Shown here: one piece after another, positions 1-11,535 of the stretch
Position numbering within the stretch: position 1 is the first letter of the stretch
How the letters are laid out: each line of letters opens with the position of its first letter
From: an uncultured Methanosarcinaceae archaeon
GTDB taxonomy: Archaea > Halobacteriota > Methanosarcinia > Methanosarcinales > Methanosarcinaceae
DNA: 64,000 nt
Reading direction: 5' to 3'
Assembly: GCA_963721455.1 (NCBI GenBank)
Contig: CAVRJG010000038.1
Coordinates: 64,001-128,000, forward strand
Notes under the pieces: generated by a model
Database searches by the model: none
What the model was told of the DNA's origin: nothing
The model's input: only the letters and a program-made list of their open reading frames with translations
Made by a program: the position numbers and the translations under genes

Positions 1-1595
<1,595 letters not shown>

Positions 1596-1674
1596 ATATC
1601 AGGTCCAGGCGAAATTCAATATGCAGCACACCTATACATGACTTCATCATTTTCCCCAATCCCATTTATAGGTA

Positions 1675-1803
1675 GAGTCTGGCGGCCATAGCGGCAGGGC
1701 AACTCCTGTACCCATCCCGAACACAGAAGATAAGCCTGTCCACGTTCCTTACTGTACTGAAGTACGCGAGTCTTCGGGAACTCTGGATCGCTGCCATGCT
1801 CAC
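1675..1803 (+). rRNA. rrf: 5S rRNA
   Basis: tggcggccatagcggc...cccatcccgaacacagaagataagcc...cgctgcca; about 80 bp downstream of 23S and followed by T-rich terminator sequence. Confidence 0.95.
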
Positions 1804-2219
1804 CCTATACTACTTTAAATCTATTCTAACCTTTTCTAAAATAGTTTTTTACTTTTCGTTTTGATATTGTTTTTTCTGATAATGATTTTTCATGTTACTT
1901 TTGTTTTTATTGATCTTTGTGTCTTTTCAGGATCTTTTTGTTTTTTAATTGTAGGTTCAGCCTTTTGAGCTGTGCTTCTCGATAAAATCAGGCCACTTTG
2001 TTTTTAGTTTCTTATTTTTAATGCCGGTTCTTCATTTCTAATCAGAAGGACGCGTACCTTTCAGCATGGAGAAGCGGGCTGGAGTCTTATGACGGAATAG
2101 GTCACTTTGTGCTGAGGACGTGCAAAAAGCAGTTTTAGTTGGTGTTTGGGTCTGGCTTAGAAGGCAATTGAACTGAGGCTATTTTTTGGCTTCTCTCTTA
2201 AGAGATATCTCTTTTAGAT

Positions 2220-2822
2220 TCACTCTCCCCGTAGCTCAAGCCCTGCCCTAACTCCTTTTATAACAGCTTCAGTAATCTTTTTTCCGAACTCCGTACTTGA
2301 GCCTGCGTAGGGGATCTCCTGCTTTCCCTCAGTTTCCGAGTTAATTCCGGAGTCAATTTCATAGGCAACAATCACTGCATCCGTGTTCGTACCCAGGAAG
2401 GTGTAGCCTTTTTCAAGCAGAGCAAGCCCTTTAGCTTCAGTGGCTGTGATGATGGCTCCGAAGAGAGCTGTCTCGGATAGTCTTGTCTTCGAGATTAGAA
2501 TTATATTTATGGTCCCTATTTTTGCCCTGAATTCTGAGCCGTTGCTTACGCCAGCGGTTATAAAGGCTGTGAGGTAGTCGTCTTCGATGACCTGAAGGTA
2601 TTCCATTTTGACAGCCGTAAGGAGGCCAAAATGAGCTGCTTCAAAGCCGAGTTTTATGGCTTCTTTCCTTAAGAATTCCTTCGGTTCAGGGGGGTTGAAG
2701 GTCCTTGGCACCTGTTTGTTGAAAAGGTGTTTTACGTATGACCTTCCGCCGTTTAATCCTGTACTGACAGCCTCAAAATCGCCATCAATTATAAGAGTGC
2801 TGTCCTTCACATAATATTGCAT
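2220..2822 (-). CDS. cbiZ: Adenosylcobinamide amidohydrolase CbiZ family protein
   Basis: Motifs STGLNGG, GLLTAV, ATAGVSN-like ITAGVSN, GTINII, TATEAK, GTNTDA are typical of CbiZ. Confidence 0.8.
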   Translation of the reverse strand: MQYYVKDSTLIIDGDFEAVSTGLNGGRSYVKHLFNKQVPRTFNPPEPKEFLRKEAIKLGFEAAHFGLLTAVKMEYLQVIEDDYLTAFITAGVSNGSEFRAKIGTINIILISKTRLSETALFGAIITATEAKGLALLEKGYTFLGTNTDAVIVAYEIDSGINSETEGKQEIPYAGSSTEFGKKITEAVIKGVRAGLELRGE

Positions 2823-2909
2823 GAAAAGGCTCCGTTTTCATAGAGAATTAAATATTCAATGACGGCTCTAAAAGAAACTCAACGAAAAAAGTCACTTAAA
2901 AAAGTTTGA

Positions 2910-2994
2910 TGCGAGAGGTGCGATTCGAACGCACGAACTCCTACAAGACTGGACTCTGAATCTAGCGCCTTTGACCTGGCTGGGCAACTCTCGC
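2910..2994 (-). tRNA. tRNA-Leu(CAG), with an A-C mismatch in the anticodon stem
   Basis: 85-nt cloverleaf GCGAGAG...CTAGA-TTCAGAG-TCCAG...long variable arm...GTTCGAATC...CTCTCGCA. Confidence 0.9.
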
Positions 2995-3039
2995 ATATTG
3001 ATGTATTACTTTTTAATAAAATATAGTCCTGTATGTAAA

Positions 3040-3082
3040 ACTCTGAATCCAGCGCCTTTGACCTGGCTGGGCAACTCTCGCA
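3040..3082 (-). repeat. Duplicated 5' half of tRNA-Leu(CAG) (43-bp direct repeat of 2953-2995)
   Basis: 42/43 identical; the only difference is at 2963/3050; 44-bp AT-rich spacer between copies. Confidence 0.93.
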
Positions 3083-3290
3083 CGATGTAGCTTATGTTCC
3101 AGCAGCACATAGTAGTGCTCTTTGTTCTTATACTTTTTCCTTGAAAAACCTTTTCGGAGGACGAAATTCGCTCTGGACTTCCGGATAATTCTCTTTTTTC
3201 AGGAAGCCGGGTTTAATGCTGAAAATCCGAGAACAAGCGCCAGAAAATGTATTATTATTTCTAGATAAGTTTGGAAATTGATGAAATTTT

Positions 3291-4199
3291 TCATCTCATC
3301 AATTTCAGGATAAGGGCTTTTTGCGCATGCAGGCGGTTCTCGGCTTCTTCAAAAATTACGGAATTCGGGCCGTCCATAACTTCATCCGTAATCTCGAGGC
3401 CTCGCCGGGCTGGCAGGCAGTGCATGACTATTACATCCGGCTTTGCAAATCCAAGGAGTTTGGTATTGATCTGGAAAGAAGCAAAATCCCTCAGGCGTTT
3501 CTCCTGTTCGGCTTCGTCGCCCATGGAAACCCAGACATCCGTATAGATAATGTCTGCATCCTTCGCGGCAACTTTCGGGTCATCTGTAATGGTGAATTTG
3601 CCTCCCAGGGCTTTTGCCTGTTCAAGGAACTCGGCTTTTGGCTCATATCCCTTCGGGCAGGCAATGGCAAACTCCATTCCCATGATAGCCGAGCCAAGTA
3701 AGGCTGAGTTGCAGACATTGTTTCCGTCTCCTACCCAGGCGAATTTCAAGCCTTCGAACCTGTGCTTGTACTCCATGATTGTCATGAAATCGCCCAGGAT
3801 CTGGCAGGGGTGTTCCCTGTCCGAAAGCGCATTGATTACAGGTATTGTTGAGTATTCGGCTAATTTTTTTACAGTTTCGTGACTCATAACCCTTGCCATG
3901 AGCCCTTGCAGGTAACCTGAAAGGGTTCTGGCGGTATCCTCAATAGTCTCTCCTCTTCCTACCTGAATGTCTTTGGAGTTCAGGTAAAGGGCATGTCCTC
4001 CAAAGTCAGTCATTGCAACCTCAAAGGATACTCTGGTCCTTGTGGAGGATTTCTCGAAAATCATCCCGAGGCTTTTGTTCTTCAGGAACTCTGTGGATTC
4101 TCCTGCCTTGCGCTTTTCTTTCAGGTCCGCAGCAGATTCGAGGAGTTCGTAAATCTCCTCCCTGGACAGGTCAGTTATCGAAAGTACATCCTTCTTCAT
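3291..4199 (-). CDS. argF: Ornithine carbamoyltransferase
   Basis: [20 protein letters not shown] and HCLP motifs. Confidence 0.97.
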   Translation of the reverse strand: MKKDVLSITDLSREEIYELLESAADLKEKRKAGESTEFLKNKSLGMIFEKSSTRTRVSFEVAMTDFGGHALYLNSKDIQVGRGETIEDTARTLSGYLQGLMARVMSHETVKKLAEYSTIPVINALSDREHPCQILGDFMTIMEYKHRFEGLKFAWVGDGNNVCNSALLGSAIMGMEFAIACPKGYEPKAEFLEQAKALGGKFTITDDPKVAAKDADIIYTDVWVSMGDEAEQEKRLRDFASFQINTKLLGFAKPDVIVMHCLPARRGLEITDEVMDGPNSVIFEEAENRLHAQKALILKLMR

Positions 4200-4295
4200 C
4201 GTTTCAACCCCTACTTCATTCTGGCTGAATTTAAACTTTATATTACTGCATAGTACTTATTTGCACGCCGTACTTTTTCAGAGCTTTTCAGGCAG

Positions 4296-5597
4296 TCAGC
4301 CTCTAAGTTCTTTCATGTGGTCAATTCTCTTCTGGATGAGGGCGGCAGTGCCAATGTCTTTCCGGAAAAAAAGCTTGCCCCGGATATTTTCAAGAGCATT
4401 CTGCGCAATTTTTTCGGCTGCATCTATAGTTTCCGCACAACCTACGACTGCAATGGCACGGGAGCCAGTTGTGTAAACTTTCCCTTCTTTTTCATAAACA
4501 CTGGCGTAATAGATGGAAGCTTTCCCTATATTTTCTACAGTTACCTCGCTGTCTTTCTCAGGATTATCAGGATAGCCGGCAGGAACTGCATATTTACATA
4601 CAGTCGCTTTCTTGCTAAAGTTTACAGGCAGCTTTTCAAGGGTTCCTTTAACCATTGCAGACATAATTTCCACGAAGTCTGTTTCAATAAGGGGAATTAC
4701 GTTCATAGCTTCGGGATCTCCGAATCTGGCATTGAATTCCACTACCTTGGGGCCGCTGGCCGTAAGGATAAACTGCCCGTACAGGATGCCCTGGTATCCT
4801 GTTGCCGTTTCCTCATAAAGTGCCTTTACAGTATCCTGCATAATCCCTTTTGCCTTCTCAAGTTCCTCTGGAAGCATAAAAGGCAAGATCTCTCCGGCGC
4901 CCGTATATGAACCCATTCCGCCTGTATTGGGTCCGAGGTCACCTTCATACGCTCTTTTATGATCCTGCACTGCAGGGAAGAAGACAAGGCTCTTTCCGTC
5001 CACTAAAGCCTGAAGAGTAAACTCTTCTCCAATGAAACGCTCCTCGATGACTACAGGCCCTTTCTCAAGAAGCTCACTTGCATATGCCCTGGCTGCTTCG
5101 AGGTCAGGGAGCTGGTCTCCCATAACTTTTACCCCTTTTCCCCCTGTCAGGCCGGAGGGCTTGACTGCAACATCACCAAGCTTTTCGATGAAAGCGTGTG
5201 CGGGTTCTTTCTCAGTGAAAACCTCATAGGCAGGACAGCCTTCAATTTTATATTTTTTCATGAAATTTCTTGCCCAGGCCTTATCAAATTCGATAATTGC
5301 GCAGGCTTTTTTAGGCCCTACAACCGGGATCCCGGCTTCCCAGAGAGCATCTGCAATTCCTGCTGCAAGCGGAGCTTCAGGGCCCACAAAAACCATTTCA
5401 ACATTCCTGGCTTTTGCATAATCAATGACTTTTTCAATTTCTGTTTCCTTCTCAAGGAGAAAGTCCTCACAGAGGGCGGCAATTCCGGGATTTTTTTTTG
5501 CCATTAACGCATAAAGGGAGGGGTTATGCTTGCTTTTCTTAATTCCTTCAGCGATTGCATGTTCCCTTCCGCCGCCGCCGATAAGCAAAATCTTCAT
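4296..5597 (-). CDS. purD: Phosphoribosylamine--glycine ligase
   Basis: [19 protein letters not shown]...[18 protein letters not shown]. Confidence 0.97.
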   Translation of the reverse strand: MKILLIGGGGREHAIAEGIKKSKHNPSLYALMAKKNPGIAALCEDFLLEKETEIEKVIDYAKARNVEMVFVGPEAPLAAGIADALWEAGIPVVGPKKACAIIEFDKAWARNFMKKYKIEGCPAYEVFTEKEPAHAFIEKLGDVAVKPSGLTGGKGVKVMGDQLPDLEAARAYASELLEKGPVVIEERFIGEEFTLQALVDGKSLVFFPAVQDHKRAYEGDLGPNTGGMGSYTGAGEILPFMLPEELEKAKGIMQDTVKALYEETATGYQGILYGQFILTASGPKVVEFNARFGDPEAMNVIPLIETDFVEIMSAMVKGTLEKLPVNFSKKATVCKYAVPAGYPDNPEKDSEVTVENIGKASIYYASVYEKEGKVYTTGSRAIAVVGCAETIDAAEKIAQNALENIRGKLFFRKDIGTAALIQKRIDHMKELRG

Positions 5598-6121
5598 TTT
5601 TATTCTCCTGGTTTTAAAAAGATTATTTTATTCTATTCAAATTTGGTTTTAATATGTATCAATAAGGAAATGAGATAAGAAAAGGTAGTTGGATTTTCAG
5701 TCCTCAAAACCTCTCAACATTACTTTAAGCAGCATATTTGTTTTTATTGACAATAGTTCTTAATCAGGAATATACTGAAGGACTTCCTAGTTCTCTATTT
5801 CTTCTGATAAATATCTTCTCATTGTCAGACTTAACACCTGGATAAAACCTATACAGTTTAACGTTTTTCCAAAGTTTTACCTTCTATTTTTTCAGTATTT
5901 TACCTTTAAACATTATTTGACAAGAATAGAATGTAGAACAGTTATATTCCAAAGGTTTTCAGTTAAAAGAAGGATAAAAATTAAGCCATAGTCTACTTTT
6001 CCAGTTTCTGACAAACTGTGGGTTCTGTAACTCAATAGGAAAACCCTGTCTGGAATCGAACTGTTAAATATACAGGCTATAATTCCAAATTTTCTAACGC
6101 GGAGAGTATAAGTTAACTCAA

Positions 6122-6679
6122 TTATCTCAATAGGTCGCTTGCACTTACAAGAGGGACAAGCTCCGCACCTGCTTCCTTCAAGTTTTCTTTCGCTCCTTCT
6201 TCTCTGTCCACGACACTGATCACATATTTGACATTCGCCCCTCTTTCCCTGACAACTTCGATTGCATCTCTGACCGAGCCTCCGCTGGTCGTTACGTCTT
6301 CGAGCATTACAAGCCTGTCGTCTGGTTTAATATCTCCCACAAACCTGCTTTTTGTGCCGTAGCCTTTTATAGATTTCCGGACTATAAGCAGAGGGAGTTC
6401 GGTTTCCAGGGAGACTGCGGTTGCCAGAGGGACACCCCCGAGTTCCACTCCTGCAATTGTGTTTACATCCATCTCCCTCACCCTGAGTGCTGCCTGTCTG
6501 GCTATAAGCTTCAGGGTTTTTGGGTCAGTACTGGCTTTTTTGATGTCTATATAATACTTGCTTTTCTTTCCCGAGGCAAGCGTGAATTCTCCGTAGCGGA
6601 CAGCTCCGCAGGCTTTGAGGGCTGCGATCAGTTCCTGTTTTTGTATCTTTAGCTCATTTTTTGTATCCCATTCGCTCAT
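6122..6679 (-). CDS. pyrE: Orotate phosphoribosyltransferase
   Basis: GEFTLASGKKSKYYID, PRPP-binding LEDVTTSGGS. Confidence 0.95.
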   Translation of the reverse strand: MSEWDTKNELKIQKQELIAALKACGAVRYGEFTLASGKKSKYYIDIKKASTDPKTLKLIARQAALRVREMDVNTIAGVELGGVPLATAVSLETELPLLIVRKSIKGYGTKSRFVGDIKPDDRLVMLEDVTTSGGSVRDAIEVVRERGANVKYVISVVDREEGAKENLKEAGAELVPLVSASDLLR

Positions 6680-6837
6680 GATCTCACCGGTTTAGCAGCC
6701 TTATTAGCTATTTGTTTTTCATTAAGTATTCTCAAATCTGATTGTTCCTTGATCTCTACTAATTGCTCTTGATCTTTAGGAATCGTAATCAGCATTTCTC
6801 CGGTTATTTTTTCAGAACCGTGTTAATTTCTAAAAGT

Positions 6838-7365
6838 TTACCACGGTTCTTTCTTTATACCTGCAAAGTATCCTATTATATTTGTTGTAAAATGGAGCAG
6901 AGGCGTCATTATGAGGATTGTTACCATTATCGAGGGGGTAATATTGCTCACAAACCATTCAGGAGATGTAAGATATGTGAAAACCCAGGCTCCCACGACA
7001 AAATCCAGCTGGTCTACAAGCGGAAAGGAAGCGCCCCTTTTCATACCCATCCTGCGCTTGAAAAAGCTCTTGAACATGTCTCCGAAGAGTGAACCGCAGG
7101 CAAGGGCAAGGACAACTTTGAGTGCACTGGGGTAGTCCGGGCCGAAAGCTGGCATCTCAATTCCCAGAATCTCGAATCCCCTTGAATTTAACCAGATCTG
7201 GATGCTGCCTGCAAGAACTCCGAAAAAAATGCCTGAAAAAAGCCCTCTGTAGGTTTTTCCATCTCCTATGATTCTTTTCCCGTCCTTTAAAGTTCTGCCT
7301 CCGTCAATCGGCTTTCCGCCACCGAAAACAGCTGCAAAGGGGTTGGGAAGATATGCCGGAAGCAT
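6838..7365 (-). CDS. carS: CDP-archaeol synthase (start may lie about 40 bp further upstream)
   Basis: PAYLPN, PIDGG, GDGKTYRG, GD..KSFFKRR, DQLD motifs of CarS/DUF46. Confidence 0.9.
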   Translation of the reverse strand: MLPAYLPNPFAAVFGGGKPIDGGRTLKDGKRIIGDGKTYRGLFSGIFFGVLAGSIQIWLNSRGFEILGIEMPAFGPDYPSALKVVLALACGSLFGDMFKSFFKRRMGMKRGASFPLVDQLDFVVGAWVFTYLTSPEWFVSNITPSIMVTILIMTPLLHFTTNIIGYFAGIKKEPW

Positions 7366-8480
7366 CAGCCAGAATGCTTTAATTATCAGCTCGATCGTGG
7401 TATCAACTCTTTATCTCGATTTTATTTTTTTTGGAGGCAGAACTTGACTTCTTTCATATCTCTATATTCTTCATTTTTTATATGGCCTGGCTGCAGAACA
7501 TACCAGTAATGCGTGCTCACTGTTTTCCCCTACTTTTCAATTCGTCAGGTACGTTTAAATAATGGGCTTATGTAACTATTAACCCTATTTAATTGTATTT
7601 ATTTTATTAAGTTTTAATTTCAATCTCTACTTTTCAATGCCTTTTATAAACTCACTCCTCTAAATAATTTTTCCGGCAAACGAAAATGAGAAAAAAGAGT
7701 TGATACGAAAATAGGTGTTCAGGTTTCTCTACTTTTACAAGACCTGCCTTGCTTCTATTTTTTAAGCAACTGGTCTTCATAGAGATATAGCTGGTATTGA
7801 AGGGAGATAAAGCGGTTTAATTTGTCCAGTGTGATCATTGCTTTCTCTTATCTGAATCGGAAATATCTAATTTCTAAATTATTCTCTAATTCATTTTATC
7901 CTGAAACCTTAACCCAAATTAATAGTCAGTTGAATTGTAATATTTTTCCTATGAAGCTTGAAGTTTTTTATCTGGATCCGGGTAGTATAACGTCTTCTAT
8001 ATTTGATTATTTTTCTGTAGTAATATGTGTCAATCGTAATTGAAAGTATTTCAATTCCCTTTTAATATATACAACTTTAAATAGTATGAGTACATTATTA
8101 ATTGTTGGAGATGAATAACCTTCTAATTATATACGTATACAGGTTTAATTGCTAAATCTGTACGGCCCTTCCCATCAATCTCATAAAACGAGGCTCTAGT
8201 AGTCGGTTATAAACATATAATATTTGCTTTTAATAACCGGTTGTTGGACTTAAAACGGAAACAATCCGCTACATTACGTAAAAACGCTTTTTATTCCCTT
8301 TAAAATTTCAAAATGAAATACGTTACCGTATAAATATATCAACTGTGTGTATATTTGGCAGTTGTTGTCAGTTTTAAAAGGTGATTATAAAAGCATTCTT
8401 TGAAGGTCTAAATAATAATTACCCTGATATTTTTTAACTGACAAACTTATCTATTAAATTATAAGTATGAAGGGGTTATC

Positions 8481-8879
8481 ATGAAGGACTACGAAGTAAA
8501 AGTGCTGGACGAAAACGATCATATTTTCATTGAAACGTTAAGGAACCTCGGGATGTCCAGAAATGTCGCTACAACCATGGCATATCTTATGAATGTGGAC
8601 GAAGCATCATCCCGTGAAATCGAAATCAGTACCGGATTAAGACAACCCGAAGTCAGTCTTGCAATGAGGCTGATGCGCAACCAGTCCTGGGTTAGTGTGC
8701 GTTCGGAAAAAAAGCCTGGCAAAGGTCGCCCGATAAAGATTTATGCTCTTGCGGCTCCCGTTGACGAGATCATAAGTTATTACGAAGACAAAATTTACAA
8801 GGAATCTCAGGCAACCATCTCAGCAATTAAGAAGCTGAAGGTCATGAGTAAAAAGGTGCCTCTTACTCCTTCAAAGTGA
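8481..8879 (+). CDS. Winged-HTH transcriptional regulator (COG4738/ArsR-like)
   Basis: SREIEISTGLRQPEVSLAM HTH and GKGRPIKIY wing; SD-like gaagggg before ATG. Confidence 0.8.
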   Translation: MKDYEVKVLDENDHIFIETLRNLGMSRNVATTMAYLMNVDEASSREIEISTGLRQPEVSLAMRLMRNQSWVSVRSEKKPGKGRPIKIYALAAPVDEIISYYEDKIYKESQATISAIKKLKVMSKKVPLTPSK

Positions 8880-9097
8880 AAGCTCTCAAACAAGCTTAGC
8901 TCCATAATGGCTGACAATCCTCCTATGGAATTCGACCATTATGGAAATAAAAACCTTCTCAGGATTTGCGTTCCTTCTCTTTATTCCTCTGGATTTTCTT
9001 CTGCGGAATTCACGCGGTATTCGCGTTGAATATTAAGCTAATTCTGGGTTTTCTGACTTTATACTGTAGCTCTTACTACTTTTTTTCATCGGTTTAA

Positions 9098-9167
9098 TTT
9101 TCATGATTCCCTTTTCATGATTCCCTTTTCATGATTCCCTTTTCATGATTCCCTTTTCATGATTCCC
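9098..9167. repeat. Tandem repeat, 5 x ttttcatgattccc (14 bp)
   Basis: Five perfect units read directly. Confidence 0.95.
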
Positions 9168-9179
9168 TTTTGATTCTAT

Positions 9180-9437
9180 CCTACATTCGGCAGCAGATGA
9201 TCTCAACATACGTAAGTTTTTGATTGCACTTTTTTGGTGAGAAATCTAAAAATCAATGTCATGTGGATTAAGTTTCGAACGGGATTTGTTATTCCCTCAC
9301 TTACAACAAATATAAATTTACGAATTTATTGTCAACATTTGGAAAATGTATATAATGATATAATTTTAGAAGTTTTGAGAAAACCGATATCAGTAAAAAA
9401 ATAAAATGAATTTTTACGTTCACCTGCCGAAAGCAGG
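9180..9437. mobile_element. 258-bp MITE (IS1634-like ends)
   Basis: Imperfect TIRs cctacattcggcag / ctgccgaaagcagg; 6-bp TSD ttctat at 9174-9179 and 9438-9443; no ORF. Confidence 0.8.
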
Positions 9438-9519
9438 TTCTATCTTAGTTTTCTATAATTTCTCTATGCCACGACCATCTGCAGTATAAAGAAATTCAAT
9501 CAATATTCTATATGACAGA

Positions 9520-9655
9520 AACCACGGAAAATACGGAAAAACTGTGATTTCATAAATAAGTCCTTTCAATTAGTCCTCTCGAGCGCAGCGAGAAGGACCC
9601 CGTGCTCCCGAAGCGGAACTCGGGAGGCGCAACTCGGGAGGCGCAACTCGGGCGG
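9520..9655. repeat. Dispersed REP-like hairpin repeat, copy 1 (reverse orientation)
   Basis: Reverse complement of cccgagttccgcttcgggagcacggggtcc...gagaggactaa, plus ttccgt-rich tail. Confidence 0.85.
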
Positions 9656-9750
9656 TAAAAGCATGCTTTAAAGAATAACCTCTATGAATTTCAAAAAAGG
9701 TGGAAAAAAGAAGTTGTAATAAATAAGGGATTCTGCCTTTTACTGGCAGA

Positions 9751-9963
9751 TCAGCCCCCTGTGACAACTCTCAGGATTGTAAGTCTGTCGGAACTTACCA
9801 TCCCGTCAAGGGGAACAGCATTCCCTCCATTTAATACAAGTACCGTTTCCTGATTTATATCCAATGTATCAAGCAGGTCTTCGTAGGTGGCGCTCTCGGC
9901 TATTTCTACGGTCTGCTCGGAAATCTCTCCAGCCTGGATTGTTATGTGTACTTTTTTGCTCAC
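9751..9963 (-). CDS. MoaD/ThiS-family ubiquitin-like sulfur carrier (SAMP)
   Basis: 70 aa beta-grasp-like sequence ending RVVTGG; GTG start. Confidence 0.88.
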   Translation of the reverse strand: MSKKVHITIQAGEISEQTVEIAESATYEDLLDTLDINQETVLVLNGGNAVPLDGMVSSDRLTILRVVTGG

Positions 9964-10088
9964 TCTATAGATCCACCGCCGCTTACCTGAATTTCGCTTA
10001 CGATTTCCTTTATTAACTTCTGCTCCAGTTCATATTCTTTTCTGACGCCTTTCCGTTCTGCACTTCTTTTCTGGAACTTTCCTGTCAT
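9960..10088 (-). CDS. Candidate 42-aa small protein coupled to the MoaD/ThiS gene (below the ORF-track cutoff)
   Basis: SD AAGGAG 8 nt before ATG; MTGKFQKRSAERKGVRKEYELEQKLIKEIVSEIQVSGGGSIE*; its TGA overlaps the downstream GTG (GTGA). Confidence 0.55.
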   Translation of the reverse strand: MTGKFQKRSAERKGVRKEYELEQKLIKEIVSEIQVSGGGSIE

Positions 10089-10553
10089 TTTCAGATCTCC
10101 TTACGATTTTTCAGGTTTGCAACACAGTTGGTATAGATCTCTTCAAGCAGATTCGTTTCTTTGTCTCTTCGAGATGTATATCCAATGATTATAATGATCT
10201 TATGTTTTAATTAATTTTTTGGTTGACAATGAGTTGGTTAACATATTTAATTTTCCGACTCTATAACGGCTATTCACTCTAAATTTTAGTCATAAGTATG
10301 GGTTAACGTTGGGTCTGATATCGTTCGAAAGCTTGACAAATAAGATTGGAAACTGTATCCTAAAACTAAACCTGGATTATATTTATTCAGAAACTATAAT
10401 TCTATGGAAAAATTAGACAATATTATAGATATTTCAAACTCAAAGCAAAAAGTTCTAATATACGATAGGTTCGAGAAAAATGGTCGAAAAAAGAATAAGC
10501 AAAGAGACTAAGCAAACAACTGAAAAAACTTGCCTGATTTGTAACTTTAATTA

Positions 10554-10625
10554 TACATCAGCCGGGATTCGAACCCGGGTTCGAGCGTTGGCAACGCCCG
10601 GTGATGACCGCTACACTACTGATGT
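10554..10625 (-). tRNA. tRNA-Gly(GCC), copy 1
   Basis: ACATCAG...GGGCG-TTGCCAA-CGCTC...GTTCGAATC...CTGATGTA. Confidence 0.93.
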
Positions 10626-10629
10626 GATA

Positions 10630-10704
10630 TGGTGCCCAGACCCGGATTCGAACCGGGGACAACTGCCTCTTCAGGGCAGCGCTCTCCCACTGAGCTACCT
10701 GGGC
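10630..10704 (-). tRNA. tRNA-Phe(GAA), copy 1, CCA encoded
   Basis: GCCCAGG...CTGCC-CTGAAGA-GGCAG...TCTGGGCACCA. Confidence 0.95.
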
Positions 10705-10793
10705 AGGCAGATAAATTTCACTACCTGTAGGCTATTATGTAAAGGTGGTAGTGTCTTTTATCTTTCCGGAAAAATCTCCGGAAAGTTTTTGAG

Positions 10794-10867
10794 TGGGCCC
10801 GCTGAGATTCGAACTCAGGACCTCCGCCATGTCAAGGCGACGTCATAACCGGCTAGACCACGAGCCC
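10794..10867 (-). tRNA. tRNA-Val(GAC), copy 1
   Basis: GGGCTCG...TCGCC-TTGACAT-GGCGG...CGGGCCCA. Confidence 0.95.
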
Positions 10868-10934
10868 ACATTGTTTGTTACTTATTTTTTGCATCAGGAA
10901 AATTGATCCGAAACATTAACTTTTAAAACAGTTA

Positions 10935-11006
10935 TACATCAGCCGGGATTCGAACCCGGGTTCGAGCGTTGGCAACGCCCGGTGATGACCGCTACACTAC
11001 TGATGT
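10935..11006 (-). tRNA. tRNA-Gly(GCC), copy 2
   Basis: Identical to 10554-10625 (offset 381). Confidence 0.93.
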
Positions 11007-11010
11007 GATA

Positions 11011-11085
11011 TGGTGCCCAGACCCGGATTCGAACCGGGGACAACTGCCTCTTCAGGGCAGCGCTCTCCCACTGAGCTACCTGGGC
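11011..11085 (-). tRNA. tRNA-Phe(GAA), copy 2
   Basis: Identical to 10630-10704. Confidence 0.95.
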
Positions 11086-11172
11086 AGGCAGATAAATTTC
11101 ACTACCTGTAGGCTATTATGTAAAGGTGGTAGTGTCTTTTATTTCCGGAAAGATCTCCGGAAAGTTTTTGAG

Positions 11173-11246
11173 TGGGCCCGCTGAGATTCGAACTCAGGAC
11201 CTCCGCCATGTCAAGGCGACGTCATAACCGGCTAGACCACGAGCCC
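11173..11246 (-). tRNA. tRNA-Val(GAC), copy 2
   Basis: Identical to 10794-10867; TATA-like CTTATATAAA on the minus strand near 11306-11315. Confidence 0.95.
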
Positions 11247-11535
11247 ACGTTGTTTATTGTTTCCGTTTTTCGCACCAAAGTGCAACCCCATAGTACACAT
11301 CATCATTTATATAAGTTTTGGGTGGTCTGGATTTTTCCTACTTGAATAAGCTTCGAAAAGACAAAAAATTTTGCGTATTCGGTAATCTTCTCTTCACCGT
11401 GGTCTCAGAATTTGCACTCTAAGTTCAGATTTTTATTTTCGGCGCAATTTTTAAAAGTTCATTCATTCCTTTCTTAACGTTTCACTTTAATGTATCTTCG
11501 AGTCTTATTCTCAGAATCCTCCCATCTAAAATATA

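Noticed and set aside
2953-3040. 87-nt segment as a canonical 37/38 tRNA intron whose removal would give a perfect tRNA-Leu
   Set aside because: The required bulge-helix-bulge does not form: exon TTCA would face TTCA, giving only 2 of 4 pairs (contrast the valid BHB in tRNA-Arg at 52411-52504)
10480-11184. ORFs 10480-10848 and 10969-11184 that look like duplicated proteins
   Set aside because: Antisense translations of the duplicated tRNA genes
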